Positions 37,846 to 47,312 of a stretch of DNA of 64,000 nucleotides are shown one piece after another. The stretch spans positions 1-64,000 of IMG/VR virus record IMGVR_UViG_3300041964_000083, one strand, 5' to 3'. A program made the position numbers and the translations under genes. The notes beneath the pieces are model-generated. The model saw only the letters and a list, made by a program, of their open reading frames with translations. It was not told the origin of the DNA and did not search any database. The DNA comes from a virus. Within the stretch, counting starts at the first letter, position 1, and each line of letters starts with the position of its first letter.

Positions 37846-38771
37846 TTGCAGTAAGTATGGAACTTTAAGTAGTTTTGAGTTACTTGCTCTTGAACTGAAG
37901 TTGGCGTACTGGCAGCAGCAGGCGCATTAACAGGCTCTAGTTTAATGAAGTCTGTGCTATCGAAGGCATACCATGTGTTGTAATGCCCCAAAGCAAAATT
38001 GTTTTCTTTTGCCCAAGCTAAGTCGAGCGTAAATCGGATATGGCGATCTTCTTTTATCCAACACGCGATCGCAAACTCTAATCCTTTTTTTACTAAATAC
38101 TTTTGATCGTCTGGTAATTGACTCGATTGGGCGATTGAGCGCTTGAGATAGCCTTGATCTGTTTCCACCCTTATCCAAGCAAAACCACCTTTATCGGGTA
38201 CTGGTAATGCTAAATTAGGGGTTACATGGGGTGTTGTAGAAATGGTAGGGATAGACAGATTACTTTGCTGTGGTCGATTTGTGAGTAGTGCATTAAACTG
38301 TGCTACGTTATCTAAAACGGTTTCATTTGTAACAATTTTTCCTGTTTTCCATAGAATAGCTTCAGCTCTACGTCGCCGCACTAATCCTAATTCTTGTACT
38401 CGCTCTCCATTAACGTAAGTGTTTACATACAAGAGCATTCGCTCAAGCGCACCATCAAAATTACCTTGATTGAGTAGTTCTAAAAATCGCGAACTGTAAA
38501 TTTGCTCTGGTACAGCATTGTAAAAAAAACTCAAAACGGCGTTGTAAATATTTTCTTCAAGTTTTATTTTTACAAAATCTTCAAGCATTGTTTCTTTCTC
38601 GGTTACCACCTGCCGTAGGTAGTCTTCTGCTGTTTCAAGACTCATTACCAACCCTTCTGTTACCCAGCTTCCGGTAAAACCATACCCAATTGTCCATTGG
38701 TCGTAATGATAAGCCTTCTCGCTGAAGCCTTCAAAGAATTTAATGAGTGCGATCGCGTTATCAATATTCAT
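37806..38771 (-). CDS. Endolysin, GH24 lysozyme domain + SH3-like region
   Basis: LIKFFEGF..AY..WTIGYG...SFFYN...GLVRRRRAE. Confidence 0.85.
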   Translation of the reverse strand: MNIDNAIALIKFFEGFSEKAYHYDQWTIGYGFTGSWVTEGLVMSLETAEDYLRQVVTEKETMLEDFVKIKLEENIYNAVLSFFYNAVPEQIYSSRFLELLNQGNFDGALERMLLYVNTYVNGERVQELGLVRRRRAEAILWKTGKIVTNETVLDNVAQFNALLTNRPQQSNLSIPTISTTPHVTPNLALPVPDKGGFAWIRVETDQGYLKRSIAQSSQLPDDQKYLVKKGLEFAIACWIKEDRHIRFTLDLAWAKENNFALGHYNTWYAFDSTDFIKLEPVNAPAAASTPTSVQEQVTQNYLKFHTYCNWTTQKTLTVAAM

Positions 38772-39165
38772 CGTCAGGAGGCAGTGCGTTTCTAGTACCA
38801 ATTCTTGATGAGCGTACTTTTTGTTCTAATGGCGGCTCAATGTACGTCTCTTCTCTAGGAAGTGTTTGAGAAATTCGGGTTGCTTGGGTTACAACATTTT
38901 CTTTATTAGGTCCCCACACACCACGAGGGGTATAAGCAAGAGAGCCATTTGCACCAACTCTTGATGCCATCACTACACTTTGCCCAGTAATTGTAAGCAC
39001 TACCGTAGATACCCCAACAACCCAATCAGTCGCTGTTAATTTCCCATTAGCATCAAATCGATTTGCCATAGAAATTGCAACTGACGCGATCGCACTTAAG
39101 GTTGTAACGTATACACCCAGAGCGGTTCGTGTTAAAAATAGGTTGCGAATTTCTAATTTAGACAT
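38761..39165 (-). CDS. Holin-like membrane protein
   Basis: Two hydrophobic segments, directly upstream of the endolysin. Confidence 0.5.
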   Translation of the reverse strand: MSKLEIRNLFLTRTALGVYVTTLSAIASVAISMANRFDANGKLTATDWVVGVSTVVLTITGQSVVMASRVGANGSLAYTPRGVWGPNKENVVTQATRISQTLPREETYIEPPLEQKVRSSRIGTRNALPPDDEY

Positions 39166-39177
39166 AACCTAAAACTA

Positions 39178-39540
39178 TTATTTGTCAATTAATTCTTTGA
39201 TTTTCTGCAATAACTCTTGCCAATAAAAAGGCTTAGTGATAAATGTTGCACCTAACGCAATACCTTTTTCAATGCTTTCGCTATCAGCAATAGCGGATAA
39301 GAAAGCAACAGGGATATCCTTAGTGTTAGAGGTTTTTTTTAATTGCTCAATAACTTGGAACCCATTTAATTCTCGCATAACAACATCGCAAATTATTAAG
39401 TTAGGCATAAATTTAGTTGCTAGTTGTAATCCGCTGATTCCATTGTCTGCCGATAACACAGTATAATTTTCCATCTTTAATAACTCAGATAGAACATCTA
39501 AAATATCTTTGTTGTCTTCAATTATTAGAATTGTCGGCAT
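39178..39540 (-). CDS. Stand-alone response regulator receiver (CheY-like)
   Basis: ILIIEDN, PNLIICDVVM..LNG, IPVAFLSA, FITKPF. Confidence 0.9.
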   Translation of the reverse strand: MPTILIIEDNKDILDVLSELLKMENYTVLSADNGISGLQLATKFMPNLIICDVVMRELNGFQVIEQLKKTSNTKDIPVAFLSAIADSESIEKGIALGATFITKPFYWQELLQKIKELIDK

Positions 39541-40108
39541 TTTTTCTATCGTTTTCTAAAACAACAAGCTTCATTTCATGTTTTGTTACTTGTTCTATGA
39601 TTTTAATTAACGCACCACTACCTAAAATATCATTAATTCGCCCTTGAGCACCTTGTGCGATCGCGAGTGCAACATCAGCTATTTTGCCCGCGTTCTGGGT
39701 TTCTCCTTTTGTACTGTATATTTCTCCTCGTAGTTGCTCTAATGTATTTGAGGTTGATGTTACAGCTTCTCGATTGCTGTCTACAATATTGCGTAGAGAT
39801 GGGATTAAAGCTTCGAGTGAATCAATTCGCATATCAAGAACCATGCGAATATCTTTAATTTCTTGCTCTAATTTATCGATTTTTCCGTCTTTTTGTTTAA
39901 TCTGGTCTATTATTTGCTGACTTTTAGCTTTAAGTAGACTTTTAACATAATTTAAAATATATGGTGCAGCAAAACCAACAATACCTACAATAAACGACCA
40001 CTGCGAATTACCCAATCGTTTTGATTCGGTGAAGATAAACGCGATTGCACAACCACTCAATAGCGCGGTCCCAAGTTGGGTGAAATTAAGCGATCGCATC
40101 CGTTTCAT
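39518..40108 (-). CDS. Two-TM membrane protein with coiled coil
   Basis: Two N-terminal hydrophobic helices then heptad repeats. Confidence 0.65.
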   Translation of the reverse strand: MKRMRSLNFTQLGTALLSGCAIAFIFTESKRLGNSQWSFIVGIVGFAAPYILNYVKSLLKAKSQQIIDQIKQKDGKIDKLEQEIKDIRMVLDMRIDSLEALIPSLRNIVDSNREAVTSTSNTLEQLRGEIYSTKGETQNAGKIADVALAIAQGAQGRINDILGSGALIKIIEQVTKHEMKLVVLENDRKNADNSNN

Positions 40109-40538
40109 CGTAGTTAAAACCTAATGTGTCATCTTCGGTTCGCTCAATCTTCTCTTCTACTATTGTATAAATTATTTCTAAAGGCAAAGGCGGTACTTTT
40201 AGGTAATCGCCATCACGCAGGATGTGGTCTTGCTCTATTGGTTTTTCGTTAACAACTAATTTTTGTTTTAGGGTTTTTAGTAGATGAATATCACCGTGAT
40301 TGGTAGAAACACAAATAATTTTACCTAAATTTGAAGTAATTGCAGGGTTATAAATTGGTATGATATTTTCAATACTTAAAGAGGGATGTTCTACTACAGG
40401 ACGACGACCAATAAACCACGTCAAACCACGTTCAAACGGTAGTTTAACATACATATCAAATTGATAACCCACTGCGTCATTAGAAATGCGGTGAGTCGGC
40501 TGACGAATACGAAGTTCTGCAAATTTCATTATTCCCAA
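40086..40538 (-). CDS. FHA-like domain protein (degenerate)
   Basis: WFIGRR....VNEKPI...ILRDGDYL; conserved SxxH not evident. Confidence 0.5.
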   Translation of the reverse strand: MGIMKFAELRIRQPTHRISNDAVGYQFDMYVKLPFERGLTWFIGRRPVVEHPSLSIENIIPIYNPAITSNLGKIICVSTNHGDIHLLKTLKQKLVVNEKPIEQDHILRDGDYLKVPPLPLEIIYTIVEEKIERTEDDTLGFNYDETDAIA

Positions 40539-40677
40539 AATACAAAACTGGTATTAATTGCGAAATAAATAAAACTAATTCCATCCCGCTATTAAGATTG
40601 ATTGCTTCTAGTTCTTCTACGGAACTGGCTAACTTTATTAGTTCTTCAATTCCGCCAGCTCTTTCAATAATCTAAAT

Positions 40678-40740
40678 GAAGGTAAAGAAGGTAAAGAAGG
40701 TAAAGAAGAAGGAATCTCTCTTCTCCTTTACCTTTCTCTT
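40678..40740. repeat. GAAGGTAAA x3 with imperfect inverted pyrimidine arm (hairpin / terminator)
   Basis: gaaggtaaa gaaggtaaa gaaggtaaa ... ctcctttacctttctc just after the 40742 stop. Confidence 0.55.
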
Positions 40741-40741
40741 G

Positions 40742-42553
40742 TTACGAGTAAAATTCAATTTCCGCTATATTCCCGTAACCGCGTTCAGGGGAAACGTATC
40801 GTCCGTATTGAGCTGAAACATTTACCTCCACTTCTTGCCAATCTCTTGTGTTAATTCCAGTCGGAACTGTGTGAGCATTTACGTAGTTGATTCCATCCGA
40901 CGAAAATTCAAATCGACCACCTATGATGCGATCAGCTGTTGTATCATTTTCTCGTCGAGCAAGGTAGCGGATTTTTCGTACTTGCTTAACGCTTCCAAAA
41001 TTTAAACCGCAAATAGCACCGCTGGACGTATTTGAGTCAAAGAAAGTCTCTGGATTTCCATCAAAAACGGAAGCATAGCTGTTTTGCGGGTTGTTACCAT
41101 GAAACCCTTCGGTTCCGAAAGGTGTACCCGTTATTTTTACTCCTGTAGCTTGTTGTACAGTTTGTGCAGATTGTACAGGTGGAGGTGGTGTAGGCGTCGA
41201 ACCTAGCCTGAATCCCTTATGAAACCAAGCCTCAAAACTATCATTCGGAACGGGTCCCTCACCAGGTTGAGGACTAGCCGGATTGGCAGGCTCACGAGTA
41301 TAGAACTTCAAGATAGACTGTGTCCCGGGGTAAGAGATTTCCGGTTTACGAACGGATTGATAAGGTGCTAGAGCTTCGCTTAATTCTGTTAAGCGGAAGT
41401 CACGCTCTCCTAATTCGATGGTGAAAGTTGTAGTAATTATGTTGTAGTTAACTGCTGCTCCAGTATTCGGATCGGTTCCAGAAACAGGGATACTGGCAAC
41501 CACTCGATTTGTTAAAGTTTTAATCGGGTTGTACCGCTGGAACAACGCTAAGAAAGCTGCTTCAGCTTCGGTTAACGTTGTTTTGGTTGCAACTTCTGTT
41601 TGTAATCCTTGAATCGCCGTATTTTGAGCTTCGTTAACTTGTTGTACGCCAGCAATGGCTGTATTTTGAGCTTCGTTAACCTGCTCAATCTGGGTAACCT
41701 GAGAATTAAGAGAGGAAATTTCCGCGTCTTGTGCCAAATCTTTGGCTTGAATAGATGCGATTGACTGCTGCTGACTCTCGTTAAGCTGCTGAACGCTTGT
41801 AACATCATCTCGCAACGTATCCAAGTTGCGGTCAACACCATTTCTCCAATCGATAAAAGCTTGAGAGAAATCGAGCGAGTTTACGCCATCAATTGACAAA
41901 ACCCTGAAAAATTCAGAATTAACGTGTGCAGTCAGTCGATTTGCGGTTAGCGTTAGAAAAGTGGCGGGGTTAACACCTAAGTCTTGAACCCGACCAAAAG
42001 GCTGTAGAGGAAGCGCTGTAGCGGTAGGCTCGTCGCTGACGTACCAATGAGAATTAGCAGCTGTACCCGCATCAACAAAAATTAACTGACCGTTTTGGAA
42101 GGCGTCAGTTGTTGGGAATCTAGGGTCGCGGCTTCCATTTGGTAGATAGATCCCATTGTCGGCGGGGTTTGCGGGGTCATAGACCAAAATTAAATTGCTG
42201 TAGCCATCGGTTGCTGCCGGATCGATTCCTGGCACGGTTGGGGCAACTTCTTCCGCAGAACCAACCATTGCACTAACAACAATGCGATCGCGTACTCCCT
42301 CAACTGCTGCGGTTAGTCGTTGATTAACTTGGTTAATAGCTTGTTGCAGCTGGGCATTAAGTGCGTCGTCCCCAGCGCGTTGAGTAGCTTCAGCATTAAC
42401 AATTAAATTAGTAAGGCTTCCTTTTAACTGTTCAAGTTGGATAACCGCAACTTGATCGCTTGGGGCAATACCGGAATTAATTCGTGAAGGGGGTGTTCCT
42501 GTCAGAATTGAGCCTGTGTACTCGATTTGGCGTCCTTCAAAAACTTGCACCAT
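40742..42553 (-). CDS. Fibre / receptor-binding-like structural protein with coiled coil and C-terminal discoidin (F5/8C) domain
   Basis: DNGIY segment, repeated QVNEAQNTAI coil, VFDGNPETFF...IRYLAR...GRYV..NIAEIEFY. Confidence 0.65.
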   Translation of the reverse strand: MVQVFEGRQIEYTGSILTGTPPSRINSGIAPSDQVAVIQLEQLKGSLTNLIVNAEATQRAGDDALNAQLQQAINQVNQRLTAAVEGVRDRIVVSAMVGSAEEVAPTVPGIDPAATDGYSNLILVYDPANPADNGIYLPNGSRDPRFPTTDAFQNGQLIFVDAGTAANSHWYVSDEPTATALPLQPFGRVQDLGVNPATFLTLTANRLTAHVNSEFFRVLSIDGVNSLDFSQAFIDWRNGVDRNLDTLRDDVTSVQQLNESQQQSIASIQAKDLAQDAEISSLNSQVTQIEQVNEAQNTAIAGVQQVNEAQNTAIQGLQTEVATKTTLTEAEAAFLALFQRYNPIKTLTNRVVASIPVSGTDPNTGAAVNYNIITTTFTIELGERDFRLTELSEALAPYQSVRKPEISYPGTQSILKFYTREPANPASPQPGEGPVPNDSFEAWFHKGFRLGSTPTPPPPVQSAQTVQQATGVKITGTPFGTEGFHGNNPQNSYASVFDGNPETFFDSNTSSGAICGLNFGSVKQVRKIRYLARRENDTTADRIIGGRFEFSSDGINYVNAHTVPTGINTRDWQEVEVNVSAQYGRYVSPERGYGNIAEIEFYS

Positions 42554-42607
42554 TCTTTTTCCTTGCCTTAAATTTGCTAATGTCTGTCACCATCCTAGAG
42601 TTGTAAT

Positions 42608-42946
42608 GTGGTTAAAATTAAGTATGTTAAAAAATACTGCATTATGCTCTCAAATGTGCAGCCTACAAGCGTTCTAGCCGCATCAAAAAAGAAAGGGCGT
42701 CCAAAAAAGTCTCCAGAAAAAATAGCAATAGAGACTTTAGGACGCAAAATCAAGAGACGACGTGAAGCAAAAAGAATGAGCAAATCTCAACTAGCTCAAG
42801 AAGCCGGACACGGTTTGTATCGACAAGCAATTGATAAAATAGAGCGCGGTAAACAGCTACCTTCTATTTTTCAGTTAGTCGCGATCGCAAAAAAATTAGA
42901 CGCTGACCTTCTCCATTGGTTAAGTATTTTCGACTCTGTTAATTAA
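42608..42946 (+). CDS. XRE HTH regulator
   Basis: LGRKIKRRREAKRMSKSQLA...IDKIERGKQLPS. Confidence 0.8.
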   Translation: MVKIKYVKKYCIMLSNVQPTSVLAASKKKGRPKKSPEKIAIETLGRKIKRRREAKRMSKSQLAQEAGHGLYRQAIDKIERGKQLPSIFQLVAIAKKLDADLLHWLSIFDSVN

Positions 42947-43272
42947 GGTTGAGCTATGATGCAGACTTCAAATATACCTTTTGCAATAGGTTCGCCTTTT
43001 GACCAAAATTGACACTCTAGATAATCACCTCGAACACAAACAGCCTTAACGCTTACCTCTGCTTGACTTTCGGAATAAGAAGCGGTTTCCCTAAATGGTC
43101 CCCATTGGAATCGATTATCCCCCAATCCGGTGGGGACTCGAAAAGTTGTGACTATGAATTCACCCGATGACACTTCGGTTTTGTTTATTAAAGGTAGCCA
43201 TTCGGGATAACCAATTCTAAGCTTAAGTTGTCCTCGTCGTGGGTGTCGTCCTGGTGAAAGTGAAGTTGTCAT
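42943..43272 (-). CDS. Hypothetical (likely structural) protein
   Basis: Leftward late block. Confidence 0.5.
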   Translation of the reverse strand: MTTSLSPGRHPRRGQLKLRIGYPEWLPLINKTEVSSGEFIVTTFRVPTGLGDNRFQWGPFRETASYSESQAEVSVKAVCVRGDYLECQFWSKGEPIAKGIFEVCIIAQP

Positions 43273-43733
43273 CTTTCTTCATCGACTATAAAGCTGATTT
43301 GAAAGGGTTGTCCTTTTGGGTCATAACTGGTGCTGACAAGATAATTTCCATCGGTAGCCGCTGCTGAAACAATGGCATCAGGCTTTAGAGGTTGTCCATC
43401 TACTTCTCCTACATCATCTCCATCATTTTTAATTGAAAAAGCTGATATCCCATAAGGCGTCTCTCCTGGTTCTTGGGTTGTAATAATCTCAAGGCGTTGT
43501 GCTTTTTTTTGGGTTAGACTACTAACACTTCCACCTGTTGAAGTACTACGACTGTTATTCCACAGCAATCGTAATACCAGTTTTTGCCAATCAGACAGCA
43601 GCGTTTCTTTCCACCCGCTAGGCGTCCAATATTTTAAATACGCGATCGCCTCTTCTGGCAAGGGTGCAACAAGCTTATCTAATTGAGCTGTTATTTTTTC
43701 GCGGTTTGGGTTGGCAACCATAATACTACTCAA
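43269..43733 (-). CDS. Hypothetical (likely structural) protein
   Basis: Leftward late block; ATGA overlap. Confidence 0.55.
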   Translation of the reverse strand: MSSIMVANPNREKITAQLDKLVAPLPEEAIAYLKYWTPSGWKETLLSDWQKLVLRLLWNNSRSTSTGGSVSSLTQKKAQRLEIITTQEPGETPYGISAFSIKNDGDDVGEVDGQPLKPDAIVSAAATDGNYLVSTSYDPKGQPFQISFIVDEER

Positions 43734-43795
43734 AATTGAATCAAAAATATATTGAAGCGACTTATACGATTAAGTTGGGGTTTCTCCTCAATTTT

Positions 43796-44224
43796 ATGCC
43801 CAAAACTCTATCTGAGCATTATAAAAGTTACGATCACGCAACATCCCAAAAAATGACTGAACACAACAAGTCTGGTGGAGATGTTCGCAAGCCCGTGCGG
43901 AAGGTCGGCAACGCATCAACGCAAGGTAAATATGATCGCGCAAAATTTAATCATCGCAAAGCTATGCAAATTCTCAAGCGTGGCGACCCGTTAACTGATA
44001 AAGATGGGATGCCAACTCCTGCGGCTATGCAATTTAAGCGATGGGCAGAGAAGGTTCCGAAAACAATGGAAGACGTAAAGGGAATACGCGATCGCGCCGA
44101 GAAACAAAAAGCCTCCTACAGTAAAAAACTAGGTAAGGGTGATTGTGGCGGAACGTGTGCTTGCAATAGCTGCTCTGGGCGTAGTGACGCTTATTTAGCT
44201 GGATTTTGGAGCGTGTCTCGATGA
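43796..44224 (+). CDS. Basic protein ending in Cys cluster and RSDAYLAGF
   Basis: CGGTCACNSCSGRSDAYLAGF. Confidence 0.6.
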   Translation: MPKTLSEHYKSYDHATSQKMTEHNKSGGDVRKPVRKVGNASTQGKYDRAKFNHRKAMQILKRGDPLTDKDGMPTPAAMQFKRWAEKVPKTMEDVKGIRDRAEKQKASYSKKLGKGDCGGTCACNSCSGRSDAYLAGFWSVSR

Positions 44225-45399
44225 TTAATCGTTGGTTTCAAGAACAAATACTTGCGTACCTCGACCCAGATAATGCCAAGGCACTGGCACGATTAGATAG
44301 CAAAAGCCTTGAAGAGGAGTTTCAAACGGTTGTTCAACTCCTTGTTGATGCTCCTGATGACATCCGAATAGATGATGGGGTTGAGCCAACTGAAACATTG
44401 GTTGAGCAGATAAGCGATCGCGTAACATCCACGGTTATTAATCTGTTTGCGCCAGTTCTCGCCAAAATTGAATCCAAGTTATCTAGATCTGACAACGAAA
44501 CGTTGTCAACTGAAGAACTATTACCTGCAATTACCCGATCAGATGCTAACGTTCCTATTAAACGTGTAGTCAAACATCAAGGATTTGAGATTGGCATTAC
44601 GCACGAGAAGGATGCCATACGTTTCCCTTACTCGTTACCCCTATCGGCTGGGTATGGGCATATTCGACGCTCATACGGCGCAGCCGAGGACAAGAAGGCT
44701 ATCGATGTGTACTGGGGTGGGGATGAATCGGCTACAGATGTATATAGAGTGCGCCAACTCAACCCTGATACAGGGTTTGTAGCAGAACACGACTACTTCA
44801 TGGGGTTTGGTGGAGAAGATGCTCCTAAAGCGATTAGGGAGCTATATCTTCGACATTTAGGACAAAAGCGGTTTGGTGGGTTAGAGAAAGTAGATTTATC
44901 TCAGATTACCCAATATCAAGATAAACCATCAGAAGTGATTCCAGAAGGACATCATTGGGTAAAAAACGATAACGTCGTGGGTGGTGGTTACATCCGACGA
45001 AATTGGCGAGAACAAAAAAAAACTGACAACGATGCGTTGTTAACCGATTGGGATAATCTTCGCTACGATTCTCCAAATCAAGATGATTGGGATGATTCAG
45101 ACTACATAATTGACCACACAATGCAGCAATCGGGCAAAGTGTTCAATCGTTGGCTATCTAAGATTCAAGACTGGGTGGGCGAACAAGGAAGTTTAGAGAA
45201 TGCACGCGATCGCATTCATGAACTTTACCAACACCTTGACGGAAAACAACTCGCCCAAGTTTTAGAGCAAGGAATGACATTAGCAGATTTGAGCGGACGT
45301 TTAGCTGTGGTAACCGAAAGTGCCGAAGACGAAGAAGAAGCCAACACTGGCGCAGAAGAAGAAAGTCAAGACCGTGATGCATCGATGGAAAGAGGGTAA
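44221..45399 (+). CDS. Head-associated protein with inorganic-pyrophosphatase-like (InPase) domain and Mu-portal-like C-terminal segment
   Basis: GYGHIRR..AAED..AIDVY...Q.NPDTG...EH..FMGF; LY..LD..LAQVLEQGM..ADL.GR; several RxD motifs. Confidence 0.6.
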   Translation: MINRWFQEQILAYLDPDNAKALARLDSKSLEEEFQTVVQLLVDAPDDIRIDDGVEPTETLVEQISDRVTSTVINLFAPVLAKIESKLSRSDNETLSTEELLPAITRSDANVPIKRVVKHQGFEIGITHEKDAIRFPYSLPLSAGYGHIRRSYGAAEDKKAIDVYWGGDESATDVYRVRQLNPDTGFVAEHDYFMGFGGEDAPKAIRELYLRHLGQKRFGGLEKVDLSQITQYQDKPSEVIPEGHHWVKNDNVVGGGYIRRNWREQKKTDNDALLTDWDNLRYDSPNQDDWDDSDYIIDHTMQQSGKVFNRWLSKIQDWVGEQGSLENARDRIHELYQHLDGKQLAQVLEQGMTLADLSGRLAVVTESAEDEEEANTGAEEESQDRDASMERG

Positions 45400-47062
45400 G
45401 CTTCATGTCGGCAAGTCTGACAAAATCGTGACTTCACAAAAACAGGCGGTCGTGATCGCGTTAAATCAATCGGGGTTATCCAATCGCAAAAAAAAGGCTC
45501 ATAGAAAAGATGCTGATAATGCTATTAATATCAGTCTTGCGCTCAAGCGAATTATTGGTTCGGTATATCGCGATGGTGTAGACGCAGTTCTTTCTTATGA
45601 TACGGATGCGACAGGTGGGATATCAGGGTTATTCCGTGATGGTCGTGAAGTATTTGATTACAGTATTGCCCCAACCGGACAAATCATGTATGTTGAAGTT
45701 GCTGATGCGAGACGGGATGCTTACCTAGAAGGGTTTTATCTGGCAGGGCGAGTACCTGATTGCAGCATTAGTAATACGTATACAAAATCAGTTTTAGAGA
45801 CAGAGCTAACACGAATAGATACTAAAAAATCACGCAAATGTAGTAGTGGTAAGTCTTGTGGCGGTAGTTGTATCGCTAAAGGTTTTAGGTGTGTTCAACA
45901 ACTTGGTCAAGGCGAACAACTTGCAGTTAAACGAATATCTCAAACTATAAAAGCCCAAAAAAGCAAAAAACAATCTCCGTTAGATACATTGAAACGTCAT
46001 GCACCAATTCTTGCTGGGATTGCAGGCGCAGGGTTGTTAGGTGCTGCGGCAGTAGGAGTCGCAATGGCAAACCAAGGCAAGCCATCTCCTACAACTACGC
46101 CTGTTAAACCTAAAGAGTATTCACCTACAACTCCTGCACAAAATCCGACATCACAACCCAAGCCACAAGCACCAGCAACAAAAAAACAATCCGGTGTAGC
46201 TGACCCGTGGGATGGACCAGAACCCGATCCTTGGGAAGGGCAAGTCACGCCAAGACCAGATACACCTCAACCTAAAACAACTCCCAAAATTACACCAGGC
46301 GCTACACCACAATTAGTACCATCACCACAACCAAAACCCCAAAACGAGGAATTTCTTCGGGAATCCACAGCTAGTGAGGCTGAAGCTGCTAAAAACACGT
46401 TACTTAATAAAAATACCGGATATAAACTTAATGAAGCTCTGGATATCCAAGGATTTGATAGCGATACAGCAAGCAAGCTAAACCATACTGTTAATCAAAT
46501 TCATAAAACAGTAAATATTCCTAATTTGTCCAAAATCCCTGTTCAGCCGTCTACGGATGGTAAAGACGACGGTAATTATTATTCTGCAACTTGTACTGAC
46601 GGTAAAACAGGTGCGTTTTTAGGACGAGTACCATTAAAGATTGAACTAGATCCAAACGGTAATCGCAAAGAATCAGCGCTTGTTCACGAAGTTGGACATT
46701 TTATTCACCATTCTGCAATTGGCGATCCTAAAGAAGGGTATAAGGGCAAAATAAAGCCTGAAATGCAAGAGTTATTTAATGCTGTAAACAAGACAAATGC
46801 TGTAAAAAAACTCGATAAGTTAGTACGTACTGCTCGAAACCAAGATATTCGTGAGCGGGCAAATTATCTCAACCAACCAGAAGAATTGTTTGCTCGTGCT
46901 TTTACTCAATACATTGCTAAAAAATCTGGTTCTAAGATATTACAAGTGCAAGTCAAGATGGGGCAAAAAGGCAAAGCCGTTGAATACTGGGATGATCGCG
47001 AATTTAGTCGTACTGTAGAACCTGCAATGGATAAATTTGCTAAAGATATGGGATGGAGATAA
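45320..47062 (+). CDS. Modular cargo-family protein: DUF6496-like + shared N domain + Cys4 + TM + Pro-rich + HExxH zincin (LPD1-like)
   Basis: KVKTVMH..K.GKLH.GKS..V.S.KQA..IAL; CSSGKSCGGSCIAKGFRC; HEVGHFIH...YL..PEELFARAFTQY. Confidence 0.7.
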   Translation: MPKTKKKPTLAQKKKVKTVMHRWKEGKLHVGKSDKIVTSQKQAVVIALNQSGLSNRKKKAHRKDADNAINISLALKRIIGSVYRDGVDAVLSYDTDATGGISGLFRDGREVFDYSIAPTGQIMYVEVADARRDAYLEGFYLAGRVPDCSISNTYTKSVLETELTRIDTKKSRKCSSGKSCGGSCIAKGFRCVQQLGQGEQLAVKRISQTIKAQKSKKQSPLDTLKRHAPILAGIAGAGLLGAAAVGVAMANQGKPSPTTTPVKPKEYSPTTPAQNPTSQPKPQAPATKKQSGVADPWDGPEPDPWEGQVTPRPDTPQPKTTPKITPGATPQLVPSPQPKPQNEEFLRESTASEAEAAKNTLLNKNTGYKLNEALDIQGFDSDTASKLNHTVNQIHKTVNIPNLSKIPVQPSTDGKDDGNYYSATCTDGKTGAFLGRVPLKIELDPNGNRKESALVHEVGHFIHHSAIGDPKEGYKGKIKPEMQELFNAVNKTNAVKKLDKLVRTARNQDIRERANYLNQPEELFARAFTQYIAKKSGSKILQVQVKMGQKGKAVEYWDDREFSRTVEPAMDKFAKDMGWR

Positions 47063-47307
47063 TGTTTAACTCTATAGAACAGATACAACAAGATTATAAA
47101 ATTGGTGTTGGAACCGCCAGTTTTCTTTATACGCTTGGGTACATACCAGCGCTTGAACGTTTTCCTAAATCAATCCCGATAGAAGATTTAGTAAGTATTT
47201 TTCAAAAAGAAGAGACATTAACTCCAGAAGAATCCCAGCTTATGGTGCGATGGAATAGAGGTGATATTCATCGCAGTCGTGCTGTCAATGTGCTTGTGGA
47301 GGTTTAG
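47053..47307 (+). CDS. Hypothetical protein
   Basis: Small ORF after the zincin gene. Confidence 0.5.
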   Translation: MEIMFNSIEQIQQDYKIGVGTASFLYTLGYIPALERFPKSIPIEDLVSIFQKEETLTPEESQLMVRWNRGDIHRSRAVNVLVEV

Positions 47308-47312
47308 ATATT

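Noticed and set aside
19447-37870. Shared CTTAAAGTT at both frameshift sites (MTase, endolysin) as a common recoding signal
   Set aside because: It lies in different codon phases at the two sites, so it is likely coincidence
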